From positions 2,356,001 to 2,420,000 of the forward strand of contig SMSO01000036.1 in assembly GCA_004764695.1 (NCBI GenBank): 64,000 bases of DNA, written 5' to 3'. This document shows, piece by piece, positions 35,154 to 47,800 of this stretch (the first letter of the stretch is position 1; the number at the start of each line of letters is the position of its first letter). A program made the translations under genes and the position numbers. The stretch is from Schizochytrium sp. TIO01. Taxonomy: Eukaryota; Protista; Bigyra: Labyrinthulomycetes. The notes under the pieces are model-generated. The model worked only from the letters and a program-made list of their open reading frames with translations, had not been told where the DNA came from and ran no database searches.

Positions 35154-36446
35154 TTACTTCTTGCCCTGCTGCTTGAACTTGACGGACTCGTCGGAGCCGC
35201 CGGTGGCGTTACCCTCGGAGTAAGAGTGGGCACCAACACCAGCGAGCTTACCGTTCTGGGCAATGAGGTACTCGTCGCGGATGGGCTTGTTGTCGAAGAT
35301 GCACTCGAGGGTCTCAATGACACCAGCGGCGTAACGGTGCTGGGCAGAGAGGGAGGTACCAGAGATGTGCGGGGTCATGGCGTGGTTGGGCATGTTGCGC
35401 CACGGGTGGTCGCGGGGAGGGGGCTGGGGGAACCAGACATCACCAGCGTAGCCAGCGAGCTGGCCAGACTCGAGAGCGCGCACGATGGCGGGCTGGTCGG
35501 TGATCTTGGCACGAGCGGTGTTGATGAGGTAGGCACCGCGCTTGAACTTGGAGAGGAGGTTGTCGTTCATCATGTGCTCAGTCTCGGGGTGGAGAGGGCA
35601 GTTGATGGTGACGATGTCACAGACCTTAACCATGTCCTCAACGTTGGCGTGGTAGGTGAGGTTGAGCTCCTTCTCAACAGACTCGGGGAGACGGTGACGG
35701 TCGGTGTAGTGGAGCTTGCAGTCGAAGGGAGCCATGCGGCGGAGGACGGCAAGACCAATGCGGCCAGAGGCGATGGTACCGAGGTGCATGCCCTCAACAT
35801 CGTAGGAGCGGGAGACAGCGTCGGCAATGTTCCAGCCGCCCTCCTTGATGATGTTGTAGGAGGGGACGAAGTTGCGGACGAGGTTGAGGATGTGCATGCA
35901 CACGTGCTCAGCCACGGAGATGGAGTTACAGAAGGTCACCTCGGTGACGGTGATGTTGCGCTTGCAGGCAGCCTCGAGGTCAACGTGGTCAGAACCAATA
36001 CCGGCGGTGAGGCAGGCCTTGAGGTTCTTGGCCTTGGCGATGCGCTCAGCGGTCATGTAGGCGGGCCAGAACGGCTGGGAGATGACGATGTCAGCGTCCT
36101 CGAGGTGCTTCTCGAACTCGGAGTCGGGGCCGTCCTTGTCGGAGGTCACGACGAGCTCGTGGCCGCGGTCCTCAAGGAACTTGCGGAGGCCGAGCTCACC
36201 GGAGACACAGCCGAGGAGCTGACCGGGCTTGAAGGGGAGCTCGGTCTGGGGGGTGGGGGTGGTCTGGCCGTCAGGGTACACCTTGATCTCAGGGATATCA
36301 TCACGGGCGTACTTGGGAGGGTAGCCGGTCACGGGGTCGTCGTAGAGGGCAACGAGAACCTTCATGTCCTGGCGGGCAGAGGCGTGGAGGCCGCGGGCAG
36401 AGCCCATGCGGCGGGCGACAGAGCGCATGTTGCGAGCAGCCAACAT
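35154..36446 (-). CDS. fdh: NAD-dependent formate dehydrogenase (bacterial type) with N-terminal mitochondrial-type presequence
   Basis: LYDDPVTGYPPKYARDD, GELGLRKFLE, ISQPFWPAY, AGIGSDHVDL, CNSISVAEH, ASGRIG, YTDRHR, NCPLHPET, GYAGDVWFPQP, MTPHISGTSLSAQ. First ATG at 36446 (MLAARNMRSVARRMGSARGLHASAR). Strong codon bias. Confidence 0.97.
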   Translation of the reverse strand: MLAARNMRSVARRMGSARGLHASARQDMKVLVALYDDPVTGYPPKYARDDIPEIKVYPDGQTTPTPQTELPFKPGQLLGCVSGELGLRKFLEDRGHELVVTSDKDGPDSEFEKHLEDADIVISQPFWPAYMTAERIAKAKNLKACLTAGIGSDHVDLEAACKRNITVTEVTFCNSISVAEHVCMHILNLVRNFVPSYNIIKEGGWNIADAVSRSYDVEGMHLGTIASGRIGLAVLRRMAPFDCKLHYTDRHRLPESVEKELNLTYHANVEDMVKVCDIVTINCPLHPETEHMMNDNLLSKFKRGAYLINTARAKITDQPAIVRALESGQLAGYAGDVWFPQPPPRDHPWRNMPNHAMTPHISGTSLSAQHRYAAGVIETLECIFDNKPIRDEYLIAQNGKLAGVGAHSYSEGNATGGSDESVKFKQQGKK

Positions 36447-36928
36447 CTTGATGAAAAGGTGGTTTCGAGTACTAAAGCTGGAGGGGCGCCACAACGAAAG
36501 CAATTACCGGAATTACACAAGTGCTAAGTTAGTTTCATGTTGTGCACAATTCTGCCTTACAGTGATGCACGGAAGCCCAACTTCCAAACCGCATTCACTT
36601 CTCACAACCAACTACAACTGCTACTTCAAAATCCAGCAGAGCAAGGCGAGATCTGGTGCTAGCGAAGGTCTCAAGGCAAGCAAAGCCCACCGAAAGGCCT
36701 TGGTCTTGCATGAAAGTCTGGAATGGCGGTCAGACCCACTAACGCTTGGACCAAAGATCCGCTGCCTAAGCCTTACTACGCCAGTCGATAGACATCCAAC
36801 TACATGCTGCAGCGCAACGCAATCTCAGCGAGGACAACAATTCATCTTTGTTGATATCCCTCACTGCAATCAGCGTCAACGCCGTGGCTCATGCTGCACC
36901 AGCTGCTGCTGGCATTATCAGCATCGCT

Positions 36929-36937
36929 GTCGTTGTC

Positions 36938-36966
<29 letters not shown>
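36929..36966. repeat. (GTT)n microsatellite upstream of fdh
   Basis: Direct tandem units visible. Confidence 0.95.
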
Positions 36967-36968
<2 letters not shown>

Positions 36969-38327
36969 GAGTTGGTGACTTACCTTCGAGGTTGCGGGTT
37001 TGCTGACCAGAGCTCGGCGGCGGCGGCGGCGAGGCCTCGATGCCGGTGCCTGCCAGTGTACACAGAGGCAGTGGGCAGAGAGGGAGGCCTCGATACCAAA
37101 GGGTTCTGGCGCAGAGAGGGATCTGAGTCGAAGGGGTTTTGCGGCGCCAGGAAAGAACCAATCCGAAAAGAAATTGAAAGCTTCTTTGCGTCTGATTCCT
37201 ATTGTTAGAGAGAGGAGAACTGCTGAATAAGAATCAGCGGAATGGCACAGAGAGAGAGCTATCTATCTAACTATCTATCTGTGGCTGGTTATCTTGCTGG
37301 GGCTGTGCACCTGCTCGCTCTGAGGCATGCCAAAGGGGCTCCTCAGCGAGGATGAATGAATGAACCAATGTATAAATAGATGCGCAGTGGCGAAGATTGA
37401 GATCGATCGCTATCTTTGAGAAGTTCATATTCATTTTTTCATTTACCATAAATTTATTAAAAAGCCTTCCGAGTTCTTCTTTCTTTTCTTTAGATTTCTT
37501 TAGATTTCTTTTCTCTTCTCTTCTCTTCTTTCTCAATCAAATAACGTTTGATGTTAATTTTTTTTTAAAAGAATAATTGAAAAGTAGGAAATGAGAAAAG
37601 GCATCAAAAGGGAATGAATTCAATCTGCAACCTTCTCTTCTTCTTTCCTTCTTTCCTTCTTCTCTTGAGCAGGCAGATTATGTCTGTAAATTTTAGTCAA
37701 CCTTGTTTCGCGATTTCTTCTATCTCGAATGAAAGAAAGCCAAAAGGACGAAGACGAGTAACAAAAGTGCCTTTTCGCTGTGGTCGTTTCAAAGTTCGCT
37801 CGAAGAGGCTTAGGGAATCGGCTAGGGGGCCCTAAGAACGGCGCAGAATAGCAGGTTTTCCACAGGGCGGAATTCGGTTCGCTCAAACTTCAACTATAAC
37901 AAGGCGTACGAGGTCTCCTTTTCTTTTCTTTCAATCTTTGAATTTATTCCTTTCTTTCTGGCTTTTCGCGATAGAATTCGACTTCTTCGCTTTCGTTGTA
38001 AGTACGACTCGCGTGAAGAACTGTAAGTAAGTGATAATAGCCACCGCATGATCGCGTTTGTTTCCTGACTCATGACCTGTTAATTAATTAATTAATTAAT
38101 TATTCTCTTTTCGGCGCGATTATTTTCCATCTCAAGTAAAAAAAAGATAAACTTCATTTTCAGCCGCAAACTCTTTTATTCGAACAAAACACTTTTATTC
38201 TTTATTCTAATTTTTTATGTTGTTTTTACAGCAGAAAGAAAGATAGAAAACGCAATCGAATGTCATGAATGTATGTATCTTTTCTGAAGCGCTAGAATCT
38301 CTCTCGCGTCAGCAAAGAGTACTTCAT

Positions 38328-38328
<1 letters not shown>

Positions 38329-38377
<49 letters not shown>
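38329..38377. repeat. (GATT)n microsatellite
   Basis: Direct tandem units visible. Confidence 0.95.
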
Positions 38378-38379
<2 letters not shown>

Positions 38380-38799
38380 TGGTGGATTCTTTCGTTTACC
38401 TCTCGTCCTGAAACAGGCCAACATGGCAAATTGGCACCCTCTTTGTTTGTGTGCAGCCTTTCAAGAGAAGGGCGTATAGGAAACGTGCAATTTTCTCGTC
38501 CCAATGCCCCGCTTTCACTTCTTCGAAACCTTCGCCCCAAAGATTGATTAATTAATTGATTAATTGATTGATTGAATTACCAAAGTTCGGCCTTGCCACT
38601 CTTTCTGATGATCTAATTAAGGAAAGCCAACTTACAAGTAAGATTGAGAAGGATATTATTGCTTCCTTTTACTTTTACAATTTATTATGTATTTTTTGTT
38701 TTTAATATAACACCCCATTCGATTTTCTTTTAACCCGCTGGGAGGTCCCGCCGTACACGCGTCCGGTAATAGACGTACCCGGTTCGACGAATCTGTGTT

Positions 38800-38835
<36 letters not shown>

Positions 38836-41800
38836 TGTTTTTCTCAATCTATTTCTTTGTCTCTTTCTCTTTATATCTCTTTGTCTCTTTGTGTTTGTTT
38901 TCTGCAATGCATTTCTTGTCAGTTCTTCGACCTCAGCTCTGCAAAGACAGTACCTACCTTCCTCTGCATCATTGTCTGCACGGAAGACGGCGCCCGCTGC
39001 AGCCTGGCTGGCCGCCAGCTTGGAGGGGGCGCGAAGATGCACAGACAGCAGGATAGACATACATTCTTCGCAGAGGCAGCCACTTGCCGGATTGGTTGTT
39101 CGTTCTCTCTTCGAGTTGGAGGAGGAGGCGAACCTCTGTAATCTCTCCAAATTGCTCGCGATTTCCTGCTTTCAATGCTGCACATCGCGGCTTCGTGAGA
39201 GCGAATGCGATGCTCTGCGAGATGTGGCAACGGATGGGATTTGATTTCCTCACACGGTTCTGACAAAATCTTCAAGCGGCTAGCTAGCAAGCAAGCAATA
39301 GCAAGAAGTTCTTGAGCCAGATCCCGCGTCGTCGAAGAACTCGACGCCGAAGCCGCCGGGGAATGGAATTGCGGCAGCAGGAGCGACCTTGGAGGCTGAT
39401 TTGATGCGTGCAGGAGGGAAGGAAGCCCAGGCTGCGTAAGTTATTGGCTGATCCTTCGCCAGAGCGACCAGGAAGAGGTAACCTGCGGCTGCTGGGAGCT
39501 GAATTGGTTGGCTTCGCTCGCGAGCTTGACGTTGTGCTTGCTAGCTTCGCGATCCCCATCATCATCTTCATGATGCTGTCTGTGCATGGAAAGTACCTAA
39601 ACGGTGAAGTTGGCGATTGATGGATTAGTTGATTCATCGATCACAGCGGTCGATTTGGCCAGCAAGTGGGGTTGGGTTTTCAAGAAGGAGGCGATGATTT
39701 TCTGGTGATGATTGTGATTTCGCGATGATCTGTACGGATGTGATGTTATTTTGTGATTTGGGTTCGTGTGCTGTAATCTAACTCGGGTTAATTTGGTATG
39801 GTCTCTTCTGATGCGTAATTCAATGATTCAGATTCGTGGATCTTATGGGTTCACGGATTCAGGATGCAGGATTCAGAATTCCAAAGCCTGTGAAGCAAAA
39901 AATTGGTGAAACTGCACACGGAGGACTTACGAAGAACGCACTCCACGCCTTCATGAGCACGATGTCAAGGCAAGTGTCCTTTTGCGAGCTACCGTGAGGT
40001 TGATCATCTTGCTTTTCGAAAACTTGCTCGCAACTGTATCTATCTATATCTTCTGCTGCTAGGTAGCTCAATTCGGTGTACCTCTTTCCTTTAAAACTTG
40101 TGCATGTCTTTCGTAGTGTTTGAAGATATTGATGTGAGCAAGTTCAACAGCAATTGATTTGTCCTTGCACTGTTTCGTTTCGAGCGTAGACCCGGACATA
40201 ATCTCAACCTTTCCTGCTTAGCAGTCAGGCAGCAGCATGAAACGCTGATGATCTCGCTCACTGCGGCCAAAACCATGTACTACCTAGCGACTTCGCTTCT
40301 TGAAAGCCCAAATCCATCGCTCCGCTCTTTTTTATTTTCTGTGGTTTCCTGAAAAAGAAAAATTGTGGTATTTTTCAATCTTTATTCTTTTTTTATATTC
40401 CTAATTTTATCCCTTTTTCCTTTCAATTTTAAACAATGCTGCTACGATCTTAGATTGTCCTTATGACATAACCCTAATGAAAAACTTAGGTATCGACGTA
40501 CTCATTCGCTGATCGCCGAAATCACTCGTTATAATTAATTTCGAATACACATTCACTCGTTTCGAGCTCAGGCTATACATCAGCATCAGTTGGAAGGCTT
40601 CTGCTTTGAGGCAATGTCCAAGCTCAAGTTCAACTTCTTCAAGTTCCTGTCCGGGTTTCCACTCCTGTCAAGCCCTCGCTGTGAAAGAATCAGCACTTGG
40701 TACTGTGCTTTCCACCCATCAGCTATGCCCCGCGTGACATGATCGTCTTCTTCAATTGCAAAGTGAAGACATTTACAAAATGAAGAAGAGATGCCGCCAT
40801 GAATCAATCAATACGTACGCAGGTACGTGCCAAAGCGTGCAAATGTACGTGTTTGTGTGAATTGGCAAAGATGATGATGATGGGTGATGGATGATTCATG
40901 CAATCTCCAAAGAATCCTGCAAGGTTGCCTCGCACTGAAGCTCGCCCAAGCCCTCGCTCAGAGTCTGCACGGCAGTTGAGAGGGTTGGTGAAACACGAGC
41001 AAATTGCAAGGTCCCGGAAGCGGTGATCGGGATGATTCTGCAGTAGGCCCCGTCCAATTCATTATAATTACAAGCTTCCGAGGCGGCCTTCGTGGAGCGC
41101 CCCGTCATCAATTTTGGCAGCCTGAGCTTGCTTAAGATTTGGACAAATGTAGAAAACCGTCAAAGCTAGGTACCTACAAAATAAATGCAGCATTGCAGAA
41201 GAACGGGCGTCTTACTGGAGAAGAACCCACTCGCTCATCCGCCTGATATAGAATACAATCACAGCGCATGGTGATTCGATCAGAAGTGATTTGTCAAAAG
41301 GAATCAGTGAGCCATGTGTTATTTATTTATTCATTTCGCCCAAACAGGTTGGGTCTCGATAGAATTGCAAAGGAAAGATATGGAAGGCGGCACTCAAATC
41401 CCCGACTGATGACCATTGTAATGGAGACGATGCCCAAAACGCACACTCTTGTTTCTTTCTCAAGCAGTTCTCCAACTTGCTCAAAGTGACGGTGATTCCT
41501 CTCATGATGGTGGCATTTGTCCGTCAGACTTTGGAACTTGAGCCAGCCTCCAAGTTTCCTTCCATCCATCCCGAAGAAGACGCTTTCGATGATGCAGAGT
41601 TGATTGAAGAACGGTAATTTGGAAATTCTAAGCAGCCCTTTGAACACAACTTAGGCATGCAGGAAGAAGACGAGGGTTTTCATTCGCCCGCTGGCACAAT
41701 GAATGCGACAGATATTGATTACCTGCCTACCGTCCGCCATCCGAGCTTCATCTAACAAACCAATTTCCTCCTTTTAATTCACAAAGCTAACTGACGAACT

Positions 41801-44800
41801 ATTTTAGCCTACTCGACAAATACACAGCCATCAAAGAGAAGGAGTACCTCGAAAAGCCTTTGAAGAATGAGTTCAATCGGCAACGCTATTCGGACAAAGC
41901 ATTGCACGGCTTATCGTTCGATCCTGTGTTACTATGGCAATGATAGAAATTCTATAAAATGATTCATTTACAAAGAAAACAACTAAAAAGTCTTTGATTG
42001 TTGTTATGACTCTTTTCACTTACCCATTTAGTTGACTTATTTATTCATTTCTTTCAATAATGTCGAGGCACATACGCGTTATAGTCGTCGATCATGGTCG
42101 AGAAACGTCCACCGATCTTACTCAGCACTCCTGCAAAGATGCCGGTATAAGTGTCTTCTTGGATAATGCTGGTTTCGAGCTTTCACGTTCCTCTCCATCG
42201 CTGCTATTGAGCACCTTCTCACTTTTTCATTTCTTTCTTTCTTTCTTTCTTCTTTCTTTCTTTCTTTCTTTCTTTCTTTCCAACTTGCGAAGACCACGCC
42301 TAAGAAACTTTACCCGCACTTCGAGTCAGCATCCTTTTTCCTTTCTTTTATGCTGTTATAACAACAATCTAATCAACTCTTTTTGGCTTTCGTTTACATA
42401 GTCTACAGAAGAAGAAGAAGAAGAAGAAGAAGAAGCAATTCCATAAAGGAGAGTGAAGAGAGTAAAAACAAATCGATGAAGAGTTTATTAAGGAAAACAA
42501 ACCGAAGCTGAGTAAGCGCCCTCTTAGACAGAACGATAATAGTCGCCCCAGGATCCCTACAGTTCCTAGCACGCACGGGTACTGAGGGGTGTGCGGACTT
42601 AAAGGACTGTGACGCATGACTTCAGGAGGAGGCCACGGCGAGTGGAGGTTGCTTTACTTATTGGTTGCTTTTCTGAGAAGGTACCTACCTACTTAGCTAG
42701 CTACCCATGAAGATCGATGTTTGAGATTCATAAAAGCGCCCCAATAGCTGAGGAAGGACGGCTCTCAGCGCCTAAGTTTCCTCAAGGCTCAGTTAAAACC
42801 TCTTTGGAGGAGACGGACGGAGGATTTTGGAGGCGATTTCCTTTCCTCCATCGCAGCACATTTAGAGTGATTGATTACTTTTCGATGATGATCTTTTCTA
42901 AGAAAACTTTCTTTTGGGGCTTTGTGTTTTATTTTTATTTTATTCGATTTTTAATGAAAATAAATAGTAATTTGATCATAATTATTCTACTCATCATAAA
43001 CGAGGTTTGAAAGGAGGAAAAGATAGGGGAAGATTGTGCAAACATACACCTGCTGGGTAAGAAGGCGCATTCGGAGGTTATTAGGAGGAGGAAAGGGACG
43101 AGCGCTTTCTTAAGGGACCGGTGGCACGACGGGGCCGCGCCTAAGTACCTGATTTTGCAGCTACGGCGCAGATTGTGGCGCATGTTGTGGAAGAGGGTTG
43201 TTTCATTGAAAACGAACGACACCATGGGACGCTGGTATACTCGGTACCAGCCGTGTGCTGACTTAAAGCTTGCAGCGCTTATTCATGAATTGAACAAACC
43301 CACTGCTCGCTTGGTTGAAGATGATTTTCATGATTTACCTCTTTTCCAGTATATTAAATATTGCGCTGCGCTTGAGGTTCCTGAAAATTGGAAAGCCAAA
43401 TGATCTCAGCGGATGATTCGCCGCCAGCCCCGGAAAGGAGGCTGGCTGAGGCATTCGTGCGAGCTGAAAACATCCGTGGCAAGACCTCGAGGGCTTTGAA
43501 TGTCATTCATCTGCCATGGTTCACGGAAATCTGGTAATTCAATTTGCTGTTTATGGATAGCATCAACTTGAAATGATCATCGCACTCGGCACCAGGGAGT
43601 GATCTTGAATTTAGTTAGATAAAAGACATTAAGTGGCATACGCAGGGAGGTACTTTACTTTTTGTTTGACAGCCATCTTTAAGCAGAAGTGCCAAGCAGC
43701 AGAAGGTAGTAGAAAGGTTAAAGAAGGGCCTTCGCACTTTTGTCCAGGTTCCTTTTGTTTTCGTTGGTTCCTTCTGTGAGCTTGACCCCCTTCTACGAGG
43801 CGCAGCTACCCGAAACTGATAGCACCCGCATTACATTTTGCGATGCAAGTTAAATACAAGTTCTGCAGGTGCGTCGAACAGAACGAACTAAAGATTGACT
43901 TAAGGACTGAAGATTCACATCATCGACATCTCGAACAATGGAGCTGAGGTTGAGAGACGATGAATGATAATACATTACATGCAGATAGGTGGGCAGGTAC
44001 TTGCATAGGTACCTGGCAACTACCGAAAGAACGAGAAGCAGCTCAGGACCAGGAACTACAGATGCATACCACTTCATTTTGCTCTGCCTGCAGGCTTAGA
44101 CTGTGCATCGGCATCCACGCCGCTGAGGGACGGTGCTGACTGCCTGCCTACTGACTACCTAGCTCTTCAAGTTATCTTGGAACTGATGCTGATTGCGCAT
44201 AACTCCACAACGATGATTCTGGTGTTAGTCATAAGTTTTAATCTAATTCATTGAGTGGAGGGACTATTACATTGAGGATTCAAAGCTAGACGGAGGACTC
44301 GATAATCAATCAGTAATCTTGGAGTGCTTCTGCAATTGCTGGCAAGTGTCTCAGTGTCTTGTCGGCAGAAACGTCCTGCTTGCACCTGTGCGAGCAGATT
44401 TCTGACGGCTGGGAGGAGGCTGCGCGCGCGAATCGTGCTCGCAGACCCTCTCCGGTAAGCTTGTAAAAAAAAAACATTTAATTAAATAAAAAATCCTTGT
44501 TTTCTTCTTCGTCTCGCGCAAAAAGTACAACGTTCCTGACAAAAAAAAGAAAAGAAAAAGAAATAGGATCAAAACGGTTACAACGCCATCAGCTTATCAC
44601 AAGGCCCTTAAAGCTGTCGAGCAAAGGCTGCCTCGAAAGCCTAAGTGAGGCTTCTACATCCTTGAGCGCAGAAAATGCCCATCTTGGACTTCATAGTTGA
44701 AGCGCCAACTTCATGGTCAGCACCTCCACCTACTTCAGCTCGTTTCTCGTCAGGTTCAAGTTTCGCGCGGGAAGATTTTGATCCAGACACACCGAATGTT

Positions 44801-47800
44801 CAAACTTTATTGATGGCGAACGAGGAATACGACTTGCTATCTAATATTAGACACCCAAAGTACCTATCAGAATTGCTAGCTAGCTAGCTAGGCAATAGGT
44901 AGTGAGACATAGTTGTTAGCAGAAAAGAACTAGAGGGCCCAATGTGTTTTAGGAATCAAGCGAGTCATGAAAGGGAAACGAAGTATTGTTTTGAATAATT
45001 AGTGTCTTTCTTTATAAAGTAAGTTTTCTTATTGAAAGCAAAAGTGGACTCTGAGTCAGATGATAGAATTTGTAGGCCAGTAAAAAAACGAACGTGCAAG
45101 GAAAAGCACAGTTTTGAGAGTGCTGGATACAACTGAGCACCCGCAGGCAATATAAATTACTACGTGGAATATGATTCGTGGAGTTGCAACTGCAGTGGCG
45201 ATCGAATTAAAATCGCAGAAAACTCGTTTCCAAATCATTTCCGAGCGGGCCAAATTTCGCCATCCTTCCAGCATTATTATACTTTGAACTGATAGTAGCA
45301 GTCATGAAATTCGTTTTTTCGTAAACAGAATCAGCTGTATTGTTGGCCAACCAGGATAGATTCGGTTGACAGGCACGGTTGCAGAAACCTTCAGATGAAT
45401 TTGTTTTTACGATAATATTCGCCCTTGTTACCATTTATTTTGTAAATTAAATCAAATATGCGTTGTTAGTGCAACAGTCAATCTATTCTTCTACTCATTT
45501 CTTTTTATGAAATGATAAAATTTCTATGACCCAATTATGACTCCCACGAGCTTGAGAATTCCTGCATTTGCATTTCCTTTTCTTTCAGATTAAACTTGGC
45601 CGAATTCGGCATCAAAGCTCGCAGTTGTAAAATACCCAAATCTGACTCAACTCCGATCTCCAATGCATGCTGGCTTCCCCGCCAGCACGATAGGTAGAGG
45701 AAGCTAGCTAGGCACTTACTTATGTGTTTGTGTTTGTGTTTGCCTGCCTTTGCTCCACTATAGCTACGATCTCAACCCTTGTCATCTCCCCTCAAAGAAC
45801 TAACTCCCAAGCCCGGATCCACCCAGACGAAAACACTCCTCCACAAGCAGAGGGACTTCCGCAAAGTTTCTTCGGCGCCCGAGTGCGCCAAACTCTCTGC
45901 TCTTGTAGGAAATAGATACACCGATCGCCATCATGGCGATCCGCTTTCACTGCTGCGCTTTGGCTGATGTAAGCAGTGAAGTCATCATCGCTCGAAAGAT
46001 TCGTTGGTCTCGAGGTGTCTGACATCGAATCGGTCCGCCAGTGTCGGTCCGTCGAGCTGATGTCGAGCGAGCGAGCTCAGTTTATCAGGATGGAACTTGA
46101 AGAGCAGGATATAACGCAGGTTTAGAAGAAGTATGAATGAACAGGCTGGAAAGGCGAACTCGTTCCAGTAGAAATTCGCACTCGCTGCGTTTCCAACTAG
46201 CTTTTTTCTTTTCTTTTTCTTTTTCTTTTCTTTCTTTTTCTTTTTAAATTAAATTAGATTAAATTGAATTAATCAAATTGGCTGCAAAGTTAATGAAGAA
46301 TGAGTGTTTCTTTATTACGCTCTTTTTCCAGCCTCCCCTCGGTCGGTGAGACTCTAAAAAACTAATTACAAAATCGAAGCTCGCTGGCCTTTAAGATATT
46401 CATTCTCTTTAAGTAATTGTATTGTACATTAAAAACAACGTTCATCAACAATTCAACAACAAGAGGATGACAATCTACAGTTTCAAGTTCTTTGGGATTT
46501 GGAAAATCGATAGCAGTTCTCAGAGGGATGTGTCACGTAAATGGAGAAGAGGATAGACGTTCCCAGCGGTAAACGAGGCTTTCTATGGCAGTCAGTGTTC
46601 TTCTGAGAGGTCTTTGTTTCCAGCTTTTCAATTATATGTACTTTTTATTAATTTTTTTAATATTGTTTTTTAATCAAATAGCTTATAGAAAGAGAAGAAC
46701 ACGGAAAGTTTCCATTTCCCTTGAAGAACCGTTGCAAAAGCCTCACACAGGTAGTACGAAGCAGCATATTCGTGAGCACAACAATCTACGATGAGTAAGC
46801 CAATCAACAAATCTGCGGCCTCGAGCTATTTTATGCATGCGTATCTATTTGGCAGGCACACGTAGGCCCTCGAAGCGGATTGCTTTCAAGAGGGATCATA
46901 AATAAATAACTAAAGCAAGCAAGCAGGTCCAGAGCAACGCAACTTCTGAATAGCCTCATATCTTTAAACAAACTTGGAGCGACTTCAACTGTGCCCTCGT
47001 GTGATGCGAATCGAATCAACGGAATTCAGTGCAGCGTCTGCGTGAAGCTTGTTTTAAAAGACGACGCTTGAATCGATTGATCAAAGATCACGAAGAAAGA
47101 CGAAAGGAGCCCACGCCAAGAGCGGAACGGTTTGCGGCTCTATATATATATGTATATATATGCATGCATGTATGCATTCCAAACTCGGTGCTTTGCAGTT
47201 TCTGCTTGAATCGCTTTGACTGCAGTTGAACTAACTATCCATGAGAAGACTCACATTTGTTTGGCTCTTTAGCTACTTCGCCGTCTGTCTATGAAAGGGT
47301 GCACTGCCTCTGGTAGGAACGCCACCGATGAGGGTGAGTGATAAATTAGAATTAGTAGTCTATTGGCCATGCCTTTTTATTCTCATCCGGTTCTTCAAGT
47401 TGCTCATATATGTATACATATTATCATTATTATTATCATTGTAATATAATATATGCATTTCTGTGTGGAAGGCATGGCGATGCTTCAAGATCAGGTTGAG
47501 AAACGCAGAGAAGAGCGCTGCCACGTTCGAAGAAAGCGGCACGAAGGAAAGAAAAGCTGTGCGTGCGTGCGTGCGTGCGTGTGTATGTGTGTGTCTGAGC
47601 AGACATAAACTCGGACGGATCTTTTGCTGCGATCACATAAGCAAATTGGCAGATGGATCTCAGCCTTCTCTTCTCTGAGTGAGTGAGTGAGTGAGTGAGT
47701 GGGTCTGAAAACTTGATCGTGAACACTCTGAATCAACTAATCATTAACTAATCAATTAATTGATTAATTAGTTTGTTAATTAATTCTCAAGTCTTGTATT

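Noticed and set aside
35226-36527. 433 aa antisense ORF over fdh
   Set aside because: Mirror of a highly biased gene; no recognisable domain.
43401-43500. Selenocysteine readthrough or antizyme-type +1 frameshift at the TGA
   Set aside because: No redox motif or recognisable SECIS; the +1 frame closes after four codons.
45200-45275. F-box-like peptide GWRNLARSEMIWKRVF on the minus strand
   Set aside because: Too short; the upstream LP..I motif is absent and the surrounding frame is not convincing.
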